Origin: an uncultured archaeon
GTDB lineage: Archaea > Thermoproteota > Nitrososphaeria > Nitrososphaerales > Gagatemarchaeaceae
Reading direction: 5' to 3'
DNA: 64,000 nucleotides
Assembly (NCBI GenBank): GCA_963817525.1
Contig: CAWFOU010000001.1
Span: 1,024,001-1,088,000, forward strand
In this document: piece by piece, positions 19,489 through 28,043 of the stretch
Numbering within the stretch: the stretch's first letter is position 1
Layout: each line of letters opens with the position of its first letter
Translations under genes and position numbers: made by a program
Notes under the pieces: model-generated
Database searches by the model: none
What the model was told of the DNA's origin: nothing
What the model saw: only the letters and a program-made list of their open reading frames with translations

Positions 19489-20253
19489 TCAGCCCGACAC
19501 TGTGATCTGGGCGGTCATCGAGGACCCCTGCTGGGCGCTCTCATACTGGACAGTCCCTGTGGTGGTGAAGGTATACCCCCAAATGTCGTACTGCCCGAGG
19601 TCGCCCGTGCCTGAGGAGAACGAGTGATTCAGCGCGGTGACGTCGTGCATGTCGGGGCCGAGGTCTGGGCTCGACGACGGGTCGAGGTCGATCCAGTACA
19701 CCTTGGTACCCGTTGACACCGTTAGGGAGTTCGGATGGAACGCGTTGCCCTGGATGAGGACGAGGGCCGGGACGCTCATGATGGGGAAGGACTGCGGGAA
19801 GACGCTCGTGCCCGCCGTCGCCACGACATCAATCGTCCCGTTGACGACGGCTGCACTGCTGGCAGCGCTCAAGGTCACCGTGACGGAGCTGGAAAGCTGG
19901 CTTGGGAAATCGACCGAGCTCGGAGAGAAGGTCGCCGAGACCCCTGTTGGGAGGCCCGACGCCGATAGAGTGTAATTGCCCGAGACCGTTCCTATCGCTG
20001 CAAACTGCAACGTGACGCTCGCGTTCACGTCAGGCGCGACAATGAGAGGCTGCGCGATCTTGAGCGTGAGAGTCCCCGTGGAGGGCGGCGCGCTCGTGGA
20101 ACTCGACGCGGTAGTGGAGCTTGAGGTAAGTATCGAGGAGGTCGTCGACGACTTTGAGACTGCCGGTATCTCGACATAGAACGCCGCCGCGATGACGAGG
20201 ACCACGACAACAAGGACTATCTGTCCGCTGACGCCTCGCCGCTGCCGCTTCAA
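19489..20253 (-). CDS. Anchored Ig-like plus cupredoxin (plastocyanin-like) domain protein with degenerate Cu site
   Basis: FHPNSLTVSTGTKVYWID, MHDVT and YTFTTTGTVQY are cupredoxin strands; LSASGLPTGVSATFSP is an Ig-like repeat. Start placed at TTG 20253. Confidence 0.8.
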   Translation of the reverse strand: MKRQRRGVSGQIVLVVVVLVIAAAFYVEIPAVSKSSTTSSILTSSSTTASSSTSAPPSTGTLTLKIAQPLIVAPDVNASVTLQFAAIGTVSGNYTLSASGLPTGVSATFSPSSVDFPSQLSSSVTVTLSAASSAAVVNGTIDVVATAGTSVFPQSFPIMSVPALVLIQGNAFHPNSLTVSTGTKVYWIDLDPSSSPDLGPDMHDVTALNHSFSSGTGDLGQYDIWGYTFTTTGTVQYESAQQGSSMTAQITVSG

Positions 20254-20361
20254 ACAGCAACACCCTCGGTCCGCAGAATTTATCTCTTTCCCGAAGACAG
20301 CGGAGTTTAGGCCGGGAGCCGGTCTGACGCTTGCCGCGACCTCTTCGCGCATTTCGTTTGG

Positions 20362-20805
20362 CTAGCCGCCCGCGGTGGCAGGCACTAGGTCGACCACGTC
20401 CCCGTCCTTCATGGGGGTGGCAGGGCGCCCTGGGACTCCGTTCACCGACATTATCATGGTGGGGATCATCGCCGAGATGACTGGGTGCTTCTCGACCACG
20501 TCGTCGAGTAGGTCCTTGAAGTAAGCGGGGCTCTCGAGGACGAAGAGGTCCTGCTTGGTGCTTGTGACGGCCAAGGGCATTCCGAAGTATACCACCTTGA
20601 CCGTGACCGAGCCGCCGGGGAGGGTGGTCGATGCCCCGCCGGAAGCCGAGGACGTCTTTGGGGCGTTCGCGGCCGGCGAGCCCGAGGGATTGCCCCTGGC
20701 CAGCCTTTCGGCCCCAAGAATCGCGGCCACACCAAGGACAGAGAAAAGCAACCCTGACCGCAACATTCGACGCCTGGAAGCGGCCTTCTCCGCCTCGGAA
20801 GACAA
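20362..20805 (-). CDS. MoaD/ThiS/SAMP ubiquitin-like protein with N-terminal twin-arginine-like TM segment
   Basis: VKVVYFG...VNG...MKDGDVVDLVPATAGG beta-grasp ending in GG; N-terminal SRRRMLR plus a hydrophobic helix. Confidence 0.85.
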   Translation of the reverse strand: MSSEAEKAASRRRMLRSGLLFSVLGVAAILGAERLARGNPSGSPAANAPKTSSASGGASTTLPGGSVTVKVVYFGMPLAVTSTKQDLFVLESPAYFKDLLDDVVEKHPVISAMIPTMIMSVNGVPGRPATPMKDGDVVDLVPATAGG

Positions 20806-20830
20806 CGACGCTTAGACGGCTTTCAGGGCA

Positions 20831-21760
20831 TTAAGGATTGCGGGCTGACGCGAGGATCGCCTTGTCGGGAACTGGCGCTACCGGTGGGCTCCCCGCGTCG
20901 TCCGAATACAGCGACCTCGCGTTCCAGAACGCCAATATCACCACGACGAGAAAGACGATGAGGACCCCGATGACGTATCCGGGGTTGTATTCCTCCAGCG
21001 TCGGGTTTCCGGGCGGGATCTTTGGGCCGATGCTGAGGAAGAAGTTGGCGACCTCAGAGGAGGCGTGGGTCAGCGCGATGAGGAAGACCCCGAGCGATAT
21101 TATCAGGAGACCGGTCGCGTTCGCGTCTTTCCTGCTCCCGCCTGGACCGGCGAGCGTTGGTGAGCCCTGCTCCGCCCGTTTTCGGCCGGTCAAGCTCAAG
21201 ACCAAGAGCGCCACGCCCCCAGCGAGAAGCCCGTCCCCCACGGCACTTCCGACGACGCGAAGTACGAAGTCCGAGACGATGAAGGAGGTGGGATACAGGT
21301 AGAGGCCGTGGGTGAACCAAACCACGGGATACCAGAACATGGCGCACGCGATTCCGGCGAGGCCCACCGTCGGGAGGTCGTACCTCCTGTATCGGAAGGA
21401 CGCGAACACGATGTCCGCTCCGAGGCCTGGGATTCCGTAGAGGAGGTGAGGGTCGTGAGTGCCGTTCGCAAAGACCTGGCAGAGGCCGTTTATCGTCAGG
21501 GCTATTGTTCCCGCGGCAGGCTTCCTCACGAGGAAGGCCGCGAGGACCGCCCCGTACTCTAGCCAGGTCTCCAGTAGGTCGCCGAACACTGGCCCGCCGG
21601 TCTTGAAGGCGAGATAGTCGTTGAGCAGCACCAGCGTGCGGTTGTGCGCGACGACCGCGAATTCCAGAGTCTCCACCCTGCCGTCGAGGAGGCCGGTGAC
21701 GAGCCCCACGGCGACGATTATTGCGAACTCCTTTGTGGAGAAGAAGAGGATTCTCCGCAA
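20831..21760 (-). CDS. ECF transporter S component (YkoE-like) with extra C-terminal TM helices
   Basis: AAFLVRKPAAG, GLGADIVFASFRYRRY and a 6-TM core. Start uncertain. Confidence 0.7.
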   Translation of the reverse strand: MRRILFFSTKEFAIIVAVGLVTGLLDGRVETLEFAVVAHNRTLVLLNDYLAFKTGGPVFGDLLETWLEYGAVLAAFLVRKPAAGTIALTINGLCQVFANGTHDPHLLYGIPGLGADIVFASFRYRRYDLPTVGLAGIACAMFWYPVVWFTHGLYLYPTSFIVSDFVLRVVGSAVGDGLLAGGVALLVLSLTGRKRAEQGSPTLAGPGGSRKDANATGLLIISLGVFLIALTHASSEVANFFLSIGPKIPPGNPTLEEYNPGYVIGVLIVFLVVVILAFWNARSLYSDDAGSPPVAPVPDKAILASARNP

Positions 21761-21951
21761 CTGTCTCGACCTGCTCCTCCAGCATGGTCGTCCGGTCTCC
21801 GCCAATATGAGGCTTCTCGCAAACTGGACGTGCTCGCTCCAAGGTGCTGTCTCGCGAGGCAAGGAAAGGGAGGGGCCATTTCTGAACAGCGAACGCGGGA
21901 ATCAGCGGGGAAATCTTGGTACTGAGCTTCTTTGGCTGGGACGGGTGGTCC

Positions 21952-23139
21952 TCACCTGGTCGACTTGCTGCGCCTGAACCGGAGAAGCCCCAGTCCGATC
22001 AGTCCAGCGAGGATTGCTGCGTCGATGAAGACGAAGGCAATCTCAGTGGGGTTGCCCGGCACGCTTGGGGAGATGGTCGTCCTGGTCTCGGATGACGCGC
22101 TGGCAGTTGAGGAGGTCGCGGCGGCAAGAGGCGGAGGCTCGATGACCGAGACGGTCCCGTCGTCGACGTTTGAGACGAAGATCTGATTCGTAGACGCGTC
22201 GAATGCGATCCCAAACGGGCCGGCCCCTGTCACAATGTTTGCCACGGTGGCATTCGCCGTGTCGGAGATCACGGAGAGCGCGTCGCTCCCAGAGTCAGCC
22301 ACGAAGACCTCGCCGGATGGGTCATACGCCGCAGAGACCGGATCTATCCCTAGGCCAGCGGAGACTACATCGAGGACGGAGTCGGTTGCGTCGGAGATTA
22401 CGTCGACGCCGTCGGACAGGTCATTGACCACGAAGACCTCATCCTTTGATGAATCGTAGGCCAGCCCTGCTGGCCCGTCGCCGACGCTCACCGTTGCTAC
22501 CACCGAATCGTTGGTGTCGGAGATCACAGAGACGCTTTCGTTCCCGAAATTGGCTACGAACACCTCGCCTTTGGCAGAATCATAGGCGAGGCCCTGGGGG
22601 TCTGCCCCGACGCTGACCTTCGCGACGACCGAGTCATTGGAATCCGATATAACGGAGACCATGGAGGCGTCTCTATCCGAAACGAAGACCTCCCCTTTCG
22701 ACTGATCGTAGGCAAGGCCGTAGGCTCCGGGTAGGGCGTCCACAGTCGCGACCACTGCGTCCTTGGAGTCGGAGATGACCGAGATTGAGTTGCCGAGATG
22801 GTCGGCGACGAAGACCTGGCTAGTGGAGGGGTCGTAGACCAGGCCGAGGGGGTCCTGCCCCACTTGCACGGTCGAGACTACCGAGTCATTCGTATCAGAG
22901 ATGACAGATACAGAGTTGTTCGCACCGTTTGCCACGAAGACCTCTCCCCTGGAAGGATCGTATGCCAGCCCTGTCGGGCTGCCCTCCACGGTCACGGTAG
23001 CGGTCGTCGTCTGGCCGCGCACATGAGTTGGGACGAGGGTCATCTGGATAACGGCCACCGCAAGCAGGACGAGCGTGGCCGCCGCGAGATTGCTGCGAAG
23101 CCTCCGCATTCTGAACGGACCCAATTTCCACCGAGGCAT
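21952..23139 (-). CDS. YncE/YVTN beta-propeller repeat surface protein
   Basis: About seven repeats of P.GLAYD....EVFV.......VSVISD....VVATV, with a signal peptide and a C-terminal TM. Confidence 0.9.
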   Translation of the reverse strand: MPRWKLGPFRMRRLRSNLAAATLVLLAVAVIQMTLVPTHVRGQTTTATVTVEGSPTGLAYDPSRGEVFVANGANNSVSVISDTNDSVVSTVQVGQDPLGLVYDPSTSQVFVADHLGNSISVISDSKDAVVATVDALPGAYGLAYDQSKGEVFVSDRDASMVSVISDSNDSVVAKVSVGADPQGLAYDSAKGEVFVANFGNESVSVISDTNDSVVATVSVGDGPAGLAYDSSKDEVFVVNDLSDGVDVISDATDSVLDVVSAGLGIDPVSAAYDPSGEVFVADSGSDALSVISDTANATVANIVTGAGPFGIAFDASTNQIFVSNVDDGTVSVIEPPPLAAATSSTASASSETRTTISPSVPGNPTEIAFVFIDAAILAGLIGLGLLRFRRSKSTR

Positions 23140-23400
23140 ATATCTTGTCCGAGGTTGCGCGCACCCAGACGAGGCTTGAGGAGGCGTCAGGGTCGGACGG
23201 GGGAGCGAGGTTCGTCCTTACCGACGGAAAAATCGAAGTACCAAGGGCCGCTCCGAGAACCCGCTCGACCCTGTTTGGGAAAAGGGCCGTCCTTTGTCCG
23301 AAAGCAGGGTGCAATAGCGGGAGTTTTCGCGGCCCTCGTCTGCTTCGCTATCGCCGGTGAGTTCGACATTCGAGTGACGGCCACTCAGCTGGGCACGCGG

Positions 23401-24528
23401 TTACGAGGGCTCACCAACGCCACCTGCTGGTGATGGTGTGGCCGCGCTCGCGGCTCTCGCTCTGTTGGATGGGGTGTTGCTGAAGGCTGGAATCTTCCGC
23501 AGGGTCGCGCGGAGGCCCCTTAGACGGAAATGAATAAGTTGCTCTAGATTCTGTACGCAAAAAAATACTGAGAAAGCATTCTGGCTATGGTTCTCGCCAA
23601 CCGACGGTAACCCGGGCGTTGAATCTGGGGGAGGCGTGTTGAGCAATCTCTCAGCCTTGTCATCGGCCAGCTGCACCCTGAATTTTAGAGCCGTGCTGAT
23701 GACCCTGACCAAAATGTAGAGCCCGAAGGCTTCTGCGGTTATGTAGAAGCTGACTGGATATGGCGTATAGAAGGAAATGAAGATGCCTGACCACGTCACG
23801 GCCAGCGCAATCGCGATGGCTATCAGTATCGCGCGCTGCGGTTTCCTGGAAAGATACGCCGCCGTCGCGGCTGGAGTGACCATCAGAGAGAAGATCAGCA
23901 GCACCCCGGTCACCTGGATCGAAAAGGATACAGCGACTGCCAGTAGGATCATGAAGGCCGTGCCAAGGAAGAGCATCGGCAAGCCCTTGGCCTCAGCGAC
24001 GTCTTCGTCCAGCGATGCAAAGAGTAGCGGCCTGTAAAGAAAGGCCAGTGCGGCGAAGACCAGGATGCAGCCATAAATCGTCACGTATAGAGCGCCGGTG
24101 CTGATGGTCAAGATTTCTCCGAAGAGTATCGAGTATGCTTCGGTGATATTTGCGGTGTAGAGGCTGTTGAAGAGCAGCCCGAGAGCCAGCGCAAAAGCTA
24201 GCACGATGCCGATCTGAGTATCGCGGTTCGAGGCGCGGCGACCAAGGGCAGCTATCGCTAGTGCGGCCAAGGCGGTGCCGCCCAGGAGGCCATCGAGAGG
24301 GGGTTGGGACACGAGTACAATACCCGCAGCGCCGGCGAAGCCGATGTCAGAGAAGGCGTGCGCGACGAAGGCCGACCGCCGGAGCACGACAAAATAGCCG
24401 GTGACTCCGGCGAGAATTGCGATCAGCGTACCCGCTTCGAACGCATGCTGCATGAACTGATACTGCCACATCGCCTGCAGGTCGGTGATCGGATTGAGGT
24501 GAAAGACGAAAGATGATGCAATATTCAT
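23401..24528 (-). CDS. Metal (Zn/Mn) ABC transporter permease, copy 2, with long C-terminal tail
   Basis: GYFVVLRRSAF.AHAFS, SLDEDVAEAKG and GVLLIFSLMVTPAA. Start placed at ATG 24528. Confidence 0.9.
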   Translation of the reverse strand: MNIASSFVFHLNPITDLQAMWQYQFMQHAFEAGTLIAILAGVTGYFVVLRRSAFVAHAFSDIGFAGAAGIVLVSQPPLDGLLGGTALAALAIAALGRRASNRDTQIGIVLAFALALGLLFNSLYTANITEAYSILFGEILTISTGALYVTIYGCILVFAALAFLYRPLLFASLDEDVAEAKGLPMLFLGTAFMILLAVAVSFSIQVTGVLLIFSLMVTPAATAAYLSRKPQRAILIAIAIALAVTWSGIFISFYTPYPVSFYITAEAFGLYILVRVISTALKFRVQLADDKAERLLNTPPPDSTPGLPSVGENHSQNAFSVFFCVQNLEQLIHFRLRGLRATLRKIPAFSNTPSNRARAASAATPSPAGGVGEPS

Positions 24529-25022
24529 ACTAAACGCCGCCACTAGCGGGATACCGGTCCTCCACACCCACAAAGAAGCATCGCGCCAATGTTTTCACTT
24601 CATCGACACGGCGATGGGCGCGGTGGCTGGGGTGGTACGAGAATTACGCACCCGATACTTTAACACGCCACTGGTAAACCTAACGATTAGGTAGAGCCCG
24701 AAGGCTTCTGCGGCTATGAAGAAACTCGTCGGATACGGGGTAAAGAACGAGATAAAGAGACCCGACCACGTCACGGCCAGCGCAATCGCGATGGCTATCA
24801 CTATCGCGCGCTGCGGTTTCCTGGAAAGATACGCCGCCGTCGCGGCTGGAGTGACCATCAGAGAGAAGATCAGCAGCACCCCGGTCACCTCGACCGAAAA
24901 AGCCACAGCGACCCCCACGACGACCGTGAACGCCGTGCCAAGGAAGAGCATCGGCAAGCCCTTGGCCTCAGCGACGTCTTCGTCCAGCGATGCAAAGAGT
25001 AGCGGCCTGTAAAGAAAGGCCA
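23827..25022. repeat. Identical DNA blocks shared by the two permease genes (offset 975 nt)
   Basis: 23827-23915 matches 24802-24890 and 23957-24047 matches 24932-25022 on direct comparison. Confidence 0.9.
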
Positions 25023-25509
25023 TTACTGCGAAGACCAAGATGCAGGCCTCGAGGATCAGGTATACCTCTCCGGTGCTGATGCCCACGATGTCTCCGAAGA
25101 GTATCGAGTATGCTGTTTCCGCGTACCCGGCGTAGAGGTTGATGAAGAGCAGCCCGAGCCCCAGCGAAAAAGCCAGCACTATGCCTATCTGAGTGTCGCG
25201 GTTCGAGGCGCGGCGACCAAGGGCAGCCATCGCTAGTGCGGCCAAGACGGAGCCTCCTAAGAGGCCGTCAATCGGCGCTGCGGCCAGAACTAATGCACCC
25301 GCAGCGCCGGCGAAGCCGATTTCAGAGAAGGCGTGCGCCATGAAGGCCGACCGGCGGAGCACGACAAAATAGCCGGTGACTCCGGCGAGAATTGCGATCA
25401 CCGTACCCGCTTCGAACCCATGCTGAAAGAACTTGTATTGCCACATCGTCTGCAGGTCGACAATTGGGTTTGGGTTGATGCCGTAAAACGATAATGACTC
25501 AAGAACCAT
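24595..25509 (-). CDS. Metal (Zn/Mn) ABC transporter permease, copy 1
   Basis: Same ZnuB/MntB motifs. ATG 25509 lies immediately after the ATPase stop. Confidence 0.92.
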   Translation of the reverse strand: MVLESLSFYGINPNPIVDLQTMWQYKFFQHGFEAGTVIAILAGVTGYFVVLRRSAFMAHAFSEIGFAGAAGALVLAAAPIDGLLGGSVLAALAMAALGRRASNRDTQIGIVLAFSLGLGLLFINLYAGYAETAYSILFGDIVGISTGEVYLILEACILVFAVMAFLYRPLLFASLDEDVAEAKGLPMLFLGTAFTVVVGVAVAFSVEVTGVLLIFSLMVTPAATAAYLSRKPQRAIVIAIAIALAVTWSGLFISFFTPYPTSFFIAAEAFGLYLIVRFTSGVLKYRVRNSRTTPATAPIAVSMK

Positions 25510-25510
25510 G

Positions 25511-26341
25511 CTAAACGCCGAGGCCGGTGCCGTGGTGCTCCTCCACACCTATTATAGCTACGTTTCCATGCGGATCGCGGAGCACCTCGACCTGGATCCC
25601 ATACAGCGCAGTGAGGCTCTCCGAGGTAAGAACCTGAGCCGGTGTCCCCGTTGCCACCTTCCCGTTGGCTATGTACATCACCTTGTCGAGATGAGGAAGC
25701 AGAGGATTGATGTTGTGGGCAATCAAGAGCGCGGTCACACCCCGAGTCCGGACAACATCATCGACGAGGTGGAGCAGCTCCGTCTCGCGTCTGATGTCTA
25801 GGTTCGACAGCGGCTCATCGAGAAGTAGGACGTCCGGATTGCTCACCAATGCCTCCGCGAGGAACACCCTCTGAAGTTCTCCCCCTGAGAGGACCCCAAG
25901 CGGACGATGAGCGATTTCTGTCGCGCCGACCGACTCCAGTGCTTTCGTGGCGGCGTCGCGGTCCCAGTGGGAGAAGGGGTTTACGCCCCAACGCTTTCCT
26001 GAGAGACCGAGCCGCACCAGCTCCTGGGACTCGACATTCGTGTCCGAGTCAATCGTGTGACGCTGGGGCACATACCCAATCCGGGTGTTCCCCCGTTTTG
26101 GTTCCGCTCCCAGAATCTTGAGGGTACCAGACAAAGCTGGCTGTAAGCCCAGTAGCATCCGCATCAGGGTCGTCTTCCCAGCGCCATTTGGCCCGATTAT
26201 GGCCACGAACTCGCCTCGGCCAAACGAGAAACTCGCGTCCTTCCAGACGATTTTCTCGCGGTATCCTGCCGTGACGTTTTGCCCGACTATGAGGTCCGAA
26301 GCCACGCCGACACGCTCGGTCGCGGTCTCCGTTATAGTCAT
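25511..26341 (-). CDS. Metal ABC transporter ATP-binding protein (ZnuC-like)
   Basis: GPNGAGKT, GYVPQR, LSGGELQR, LLLDEP. Start placed at ATG 26341. Confidence 0.95.
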   Translation of the reverse strand: MTITETATERVGVASDLIVGQNVTAGYREKIVWKDASFSFGRGEFVAIIGPNGAGKTTLMRMLLGLQPALSGTLKILGAEPKRGNTRIGYVPQRHTIDSDTNVESQELVRLGLSGKRWGVNPFSHWDRDAATKALESVGATEIAHRPLGVLSGGELQRVFLAEALVSNPDVLLLDEPLSNLDIRRETELLHLVDDVVRTRGVTALLIAHNINPLLPHLDKVMYIANGKVATGTPAQVLTSESLTALYGIQVEVLRDPHGNVAIIGVEEHHGTGLGV

Positions 26342-26358
26342 TGTTCCAATTTCCGGGG

Positions 26359-27555
26359 TTATTGCAGGCGTGTTGCCCAGGGCCAGGCGATTGGGGCCTG
26401 GTACTGGGATGCGATGGATTCCGATTGCAAGACTGCTGTGGCTGACTGGAGGTGCGGAGGCAGGTTGCCCAGCGCTACTGAGTTGAGGCAATTTTGGAGC
26501 TGAGCCACTTCCCCTGCCTGCCATTCCTGGAATGTGAATCCCGGCGGCTGGAGGGTCTCCGACACATCCGCGATTGGGACTTCGTATTGGGTGGCGACCT
26601 GCTTTATTGTCTGCGTGACGGGCATGACCGTCTGGATGTTGTACTCCAGGCAGCCTATTCCGCCCGGATTGCTAGAGTTCCCGGCTGTGAGCTGTTGCTC
26701 GAACGTGGCAATGTCAGCGGGCGAAGGGTCGTTCCCTTCGGCGACAGCGAACATGAAGGCCACGGGCGTCAGGATGTTCAGACCGGTCGCGTTCGCAAAG
26801 AACTGGACAATGCTTTCGGTCGCTTCTATATTAGTGGGCGTGCCGTTCGGGCCTGCGTACTGCCGAAGTACCTCTTGGGTGACTGTGGAAGGTCCGCCAT
26901 ACTGCGCCCTCATTGCATCTTCTTTGCTCATGTAGGTGCTGTATAGCGACGCGTTCAAGGTGGCATAGTTGGCGGTGAAGTAGGCCTTATCTTGTGAGTC
27001 CATGCTCACAAGAGCGTTGTACATCGCGTGCACGGTGTCGTTCACGTACCAAGGACTGTACCAGAGGTGAGGGTTGACGTTGGCGTACGTTGCTGGAACG
27101 TCCTTAAGGCCCACTATGTTCTGGGCAGTCAAGACCACCTGTCCGGGCGTGGCGCTCGAGTTGACGAGTTGTGACGCCCAGGTGTCGTATTGCATCCCGT
27201 TGAGTATGACCATCTTTGCGTTCGCGATTAGCTTCGCATCAGCTGGATTCGATGCATACTGGTGAGGATCCGTGTTCGGGTCTGATACTATACTTGTGAC
27301 GTTGCCATGGACTCCTGCAAGCTGAGTGACAAGGTTTCCCCAGAAGTTCTCAGCCGCAACAATCGGAATCACTGTGTTTGAGCCCGTATTGACGGACGAA
27401 GATCCAGACCCTCCGTTCGATACCGTCGATGTGACGGTCGTAGTTGACGACGAACCTTTCGAGAGATAGAGGCCCGCGGCCACTGCGACGAGAATGAGTA
27501 TGACTACTACCGCAGCGGGCAGTATTAACTTGTTGCCACCCTTTGATGTCTCCAT
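26359..27555 (-). CDS. Metal ABC transporter substrate-binding protein (ZnuA/TroA family)
   Basis: VAAENFWG, DPHQY, NG..YD.W and NPHLWYSP, with an N-terminal TM anchor. Confidence 0.92.
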   Translation of the reverse strand: METSKGGNKLILPAAVVVILILVAVAAGLYLSKGSSSTTTVTSTVSNGGSGSSSVNTGSNTVIPIVAAENFWGNLVTQLAGVHGNVTSIVSDPNTDPHQYASNPADAKLIANAKMVILNGMQYDTWASQLVNSSATPGQVVLTAQNIVGLKDVPATYANVNPHLWYSPWYVNDTVHAMYNALVSMDSQDKAYFTANYATLNASLYSTYMSKEDAMRAQYGGPSTVTQEVLRQYAGPNGTPTNIEATESIVQFFANATGLNILTPVAFMFAVAEGNDPSPADIATFEQQLTAGNSSNPGGIGCLEYNIQTVMPVTQTIKQVATQYEVPIADVSETLQPPGFTFQEWQAGEVAQLQNCLNSVALGNLPPHLQSATAVLQSESIASQYQAPIAWPWATRLQ

Positions 27556-27577
27556 GTCATAACCTTTGGCCATGAGC

Positions 27578-27610
27578 TTAATAAATATTACCACACTTTA
27601 CAGCAATATT
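27578..27610 (-). promoter_or_regulatory. TATA box of the metal-ABC operon with adjacent inverted repeat (candidate NikR-family operator)
   Basis: TTTATTAA (minus strand) lies ~25 nt before ATG 27555; AATATT-N15-AATATT at 27584-27610. Confidence 0.55.
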
Positions 27611-27709
27611 GCCAGCATAAATATGAACAAGTTCTGGTATTGCTAATAGCATGCCCTCCTGAGTTCAATGACTGCTAGGGGTGCGATCGAGGATACGCCC
27701 TGGAGGCGG

Positions 27710-27817
27710 CTAACTTGTAGCGAAATATGTCATCAAGAGCATTAGCAAAATCAAGACACCGGCGAGGACGGCGCCCCAGGCCAGATATCTGTTGACGACA
27801 ACGCTCCCGTCGTGCAT
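27710..27817 (-). CDS. 35-aa single-TM micropeptide (not in ORF track)
   Basis: MHDGSVVVNRYLAWGAVLAGVLILLMLLMTYFATS*, with its own TATA-like TTTAATA ~25 nt upstream. Confidence 0.55.
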   Translation of the reverse strand: MHDGSVVVNRYLAWGAVLAGVLILLMLLMTYFATS

Positions 27818-28043
27818 ATGTAGGAGCGCAGCTACGGTGTTATTAAATATTTGGTCATTTATAGTATGATATTCATATCTTCCTAGATGTCACGTAATAA
27901 TCTCCCAGCAAACCGAGCTTCTTCCTGGAGAGCGCTCGCCCTGCTGGATTCCTATAGCGCACTCGTAGAAGCAGAAGAGCAGGTCACAAACTACTCACTC
28001 CGGTGAGTCGCAGGTTCAAGGGAGCCGAAGGCGCTGAGAGGTC

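Noticed and set aside
21952-23139. Periodic DNA repeats as a possible CRISPR or tandem array
   Set aside because: They are degenerate in-frame YVTN propeller blades; there is no constant repeat/unique spacer structure anywhere in the window.
26359-26480. Repeated CTGGGCAAC near the end of the ZnuA-like gene suggesting an insertion or frameshift
   Set aside because: Only 9 nt, the reading frame is intact, and chance is a sufficient explanation.
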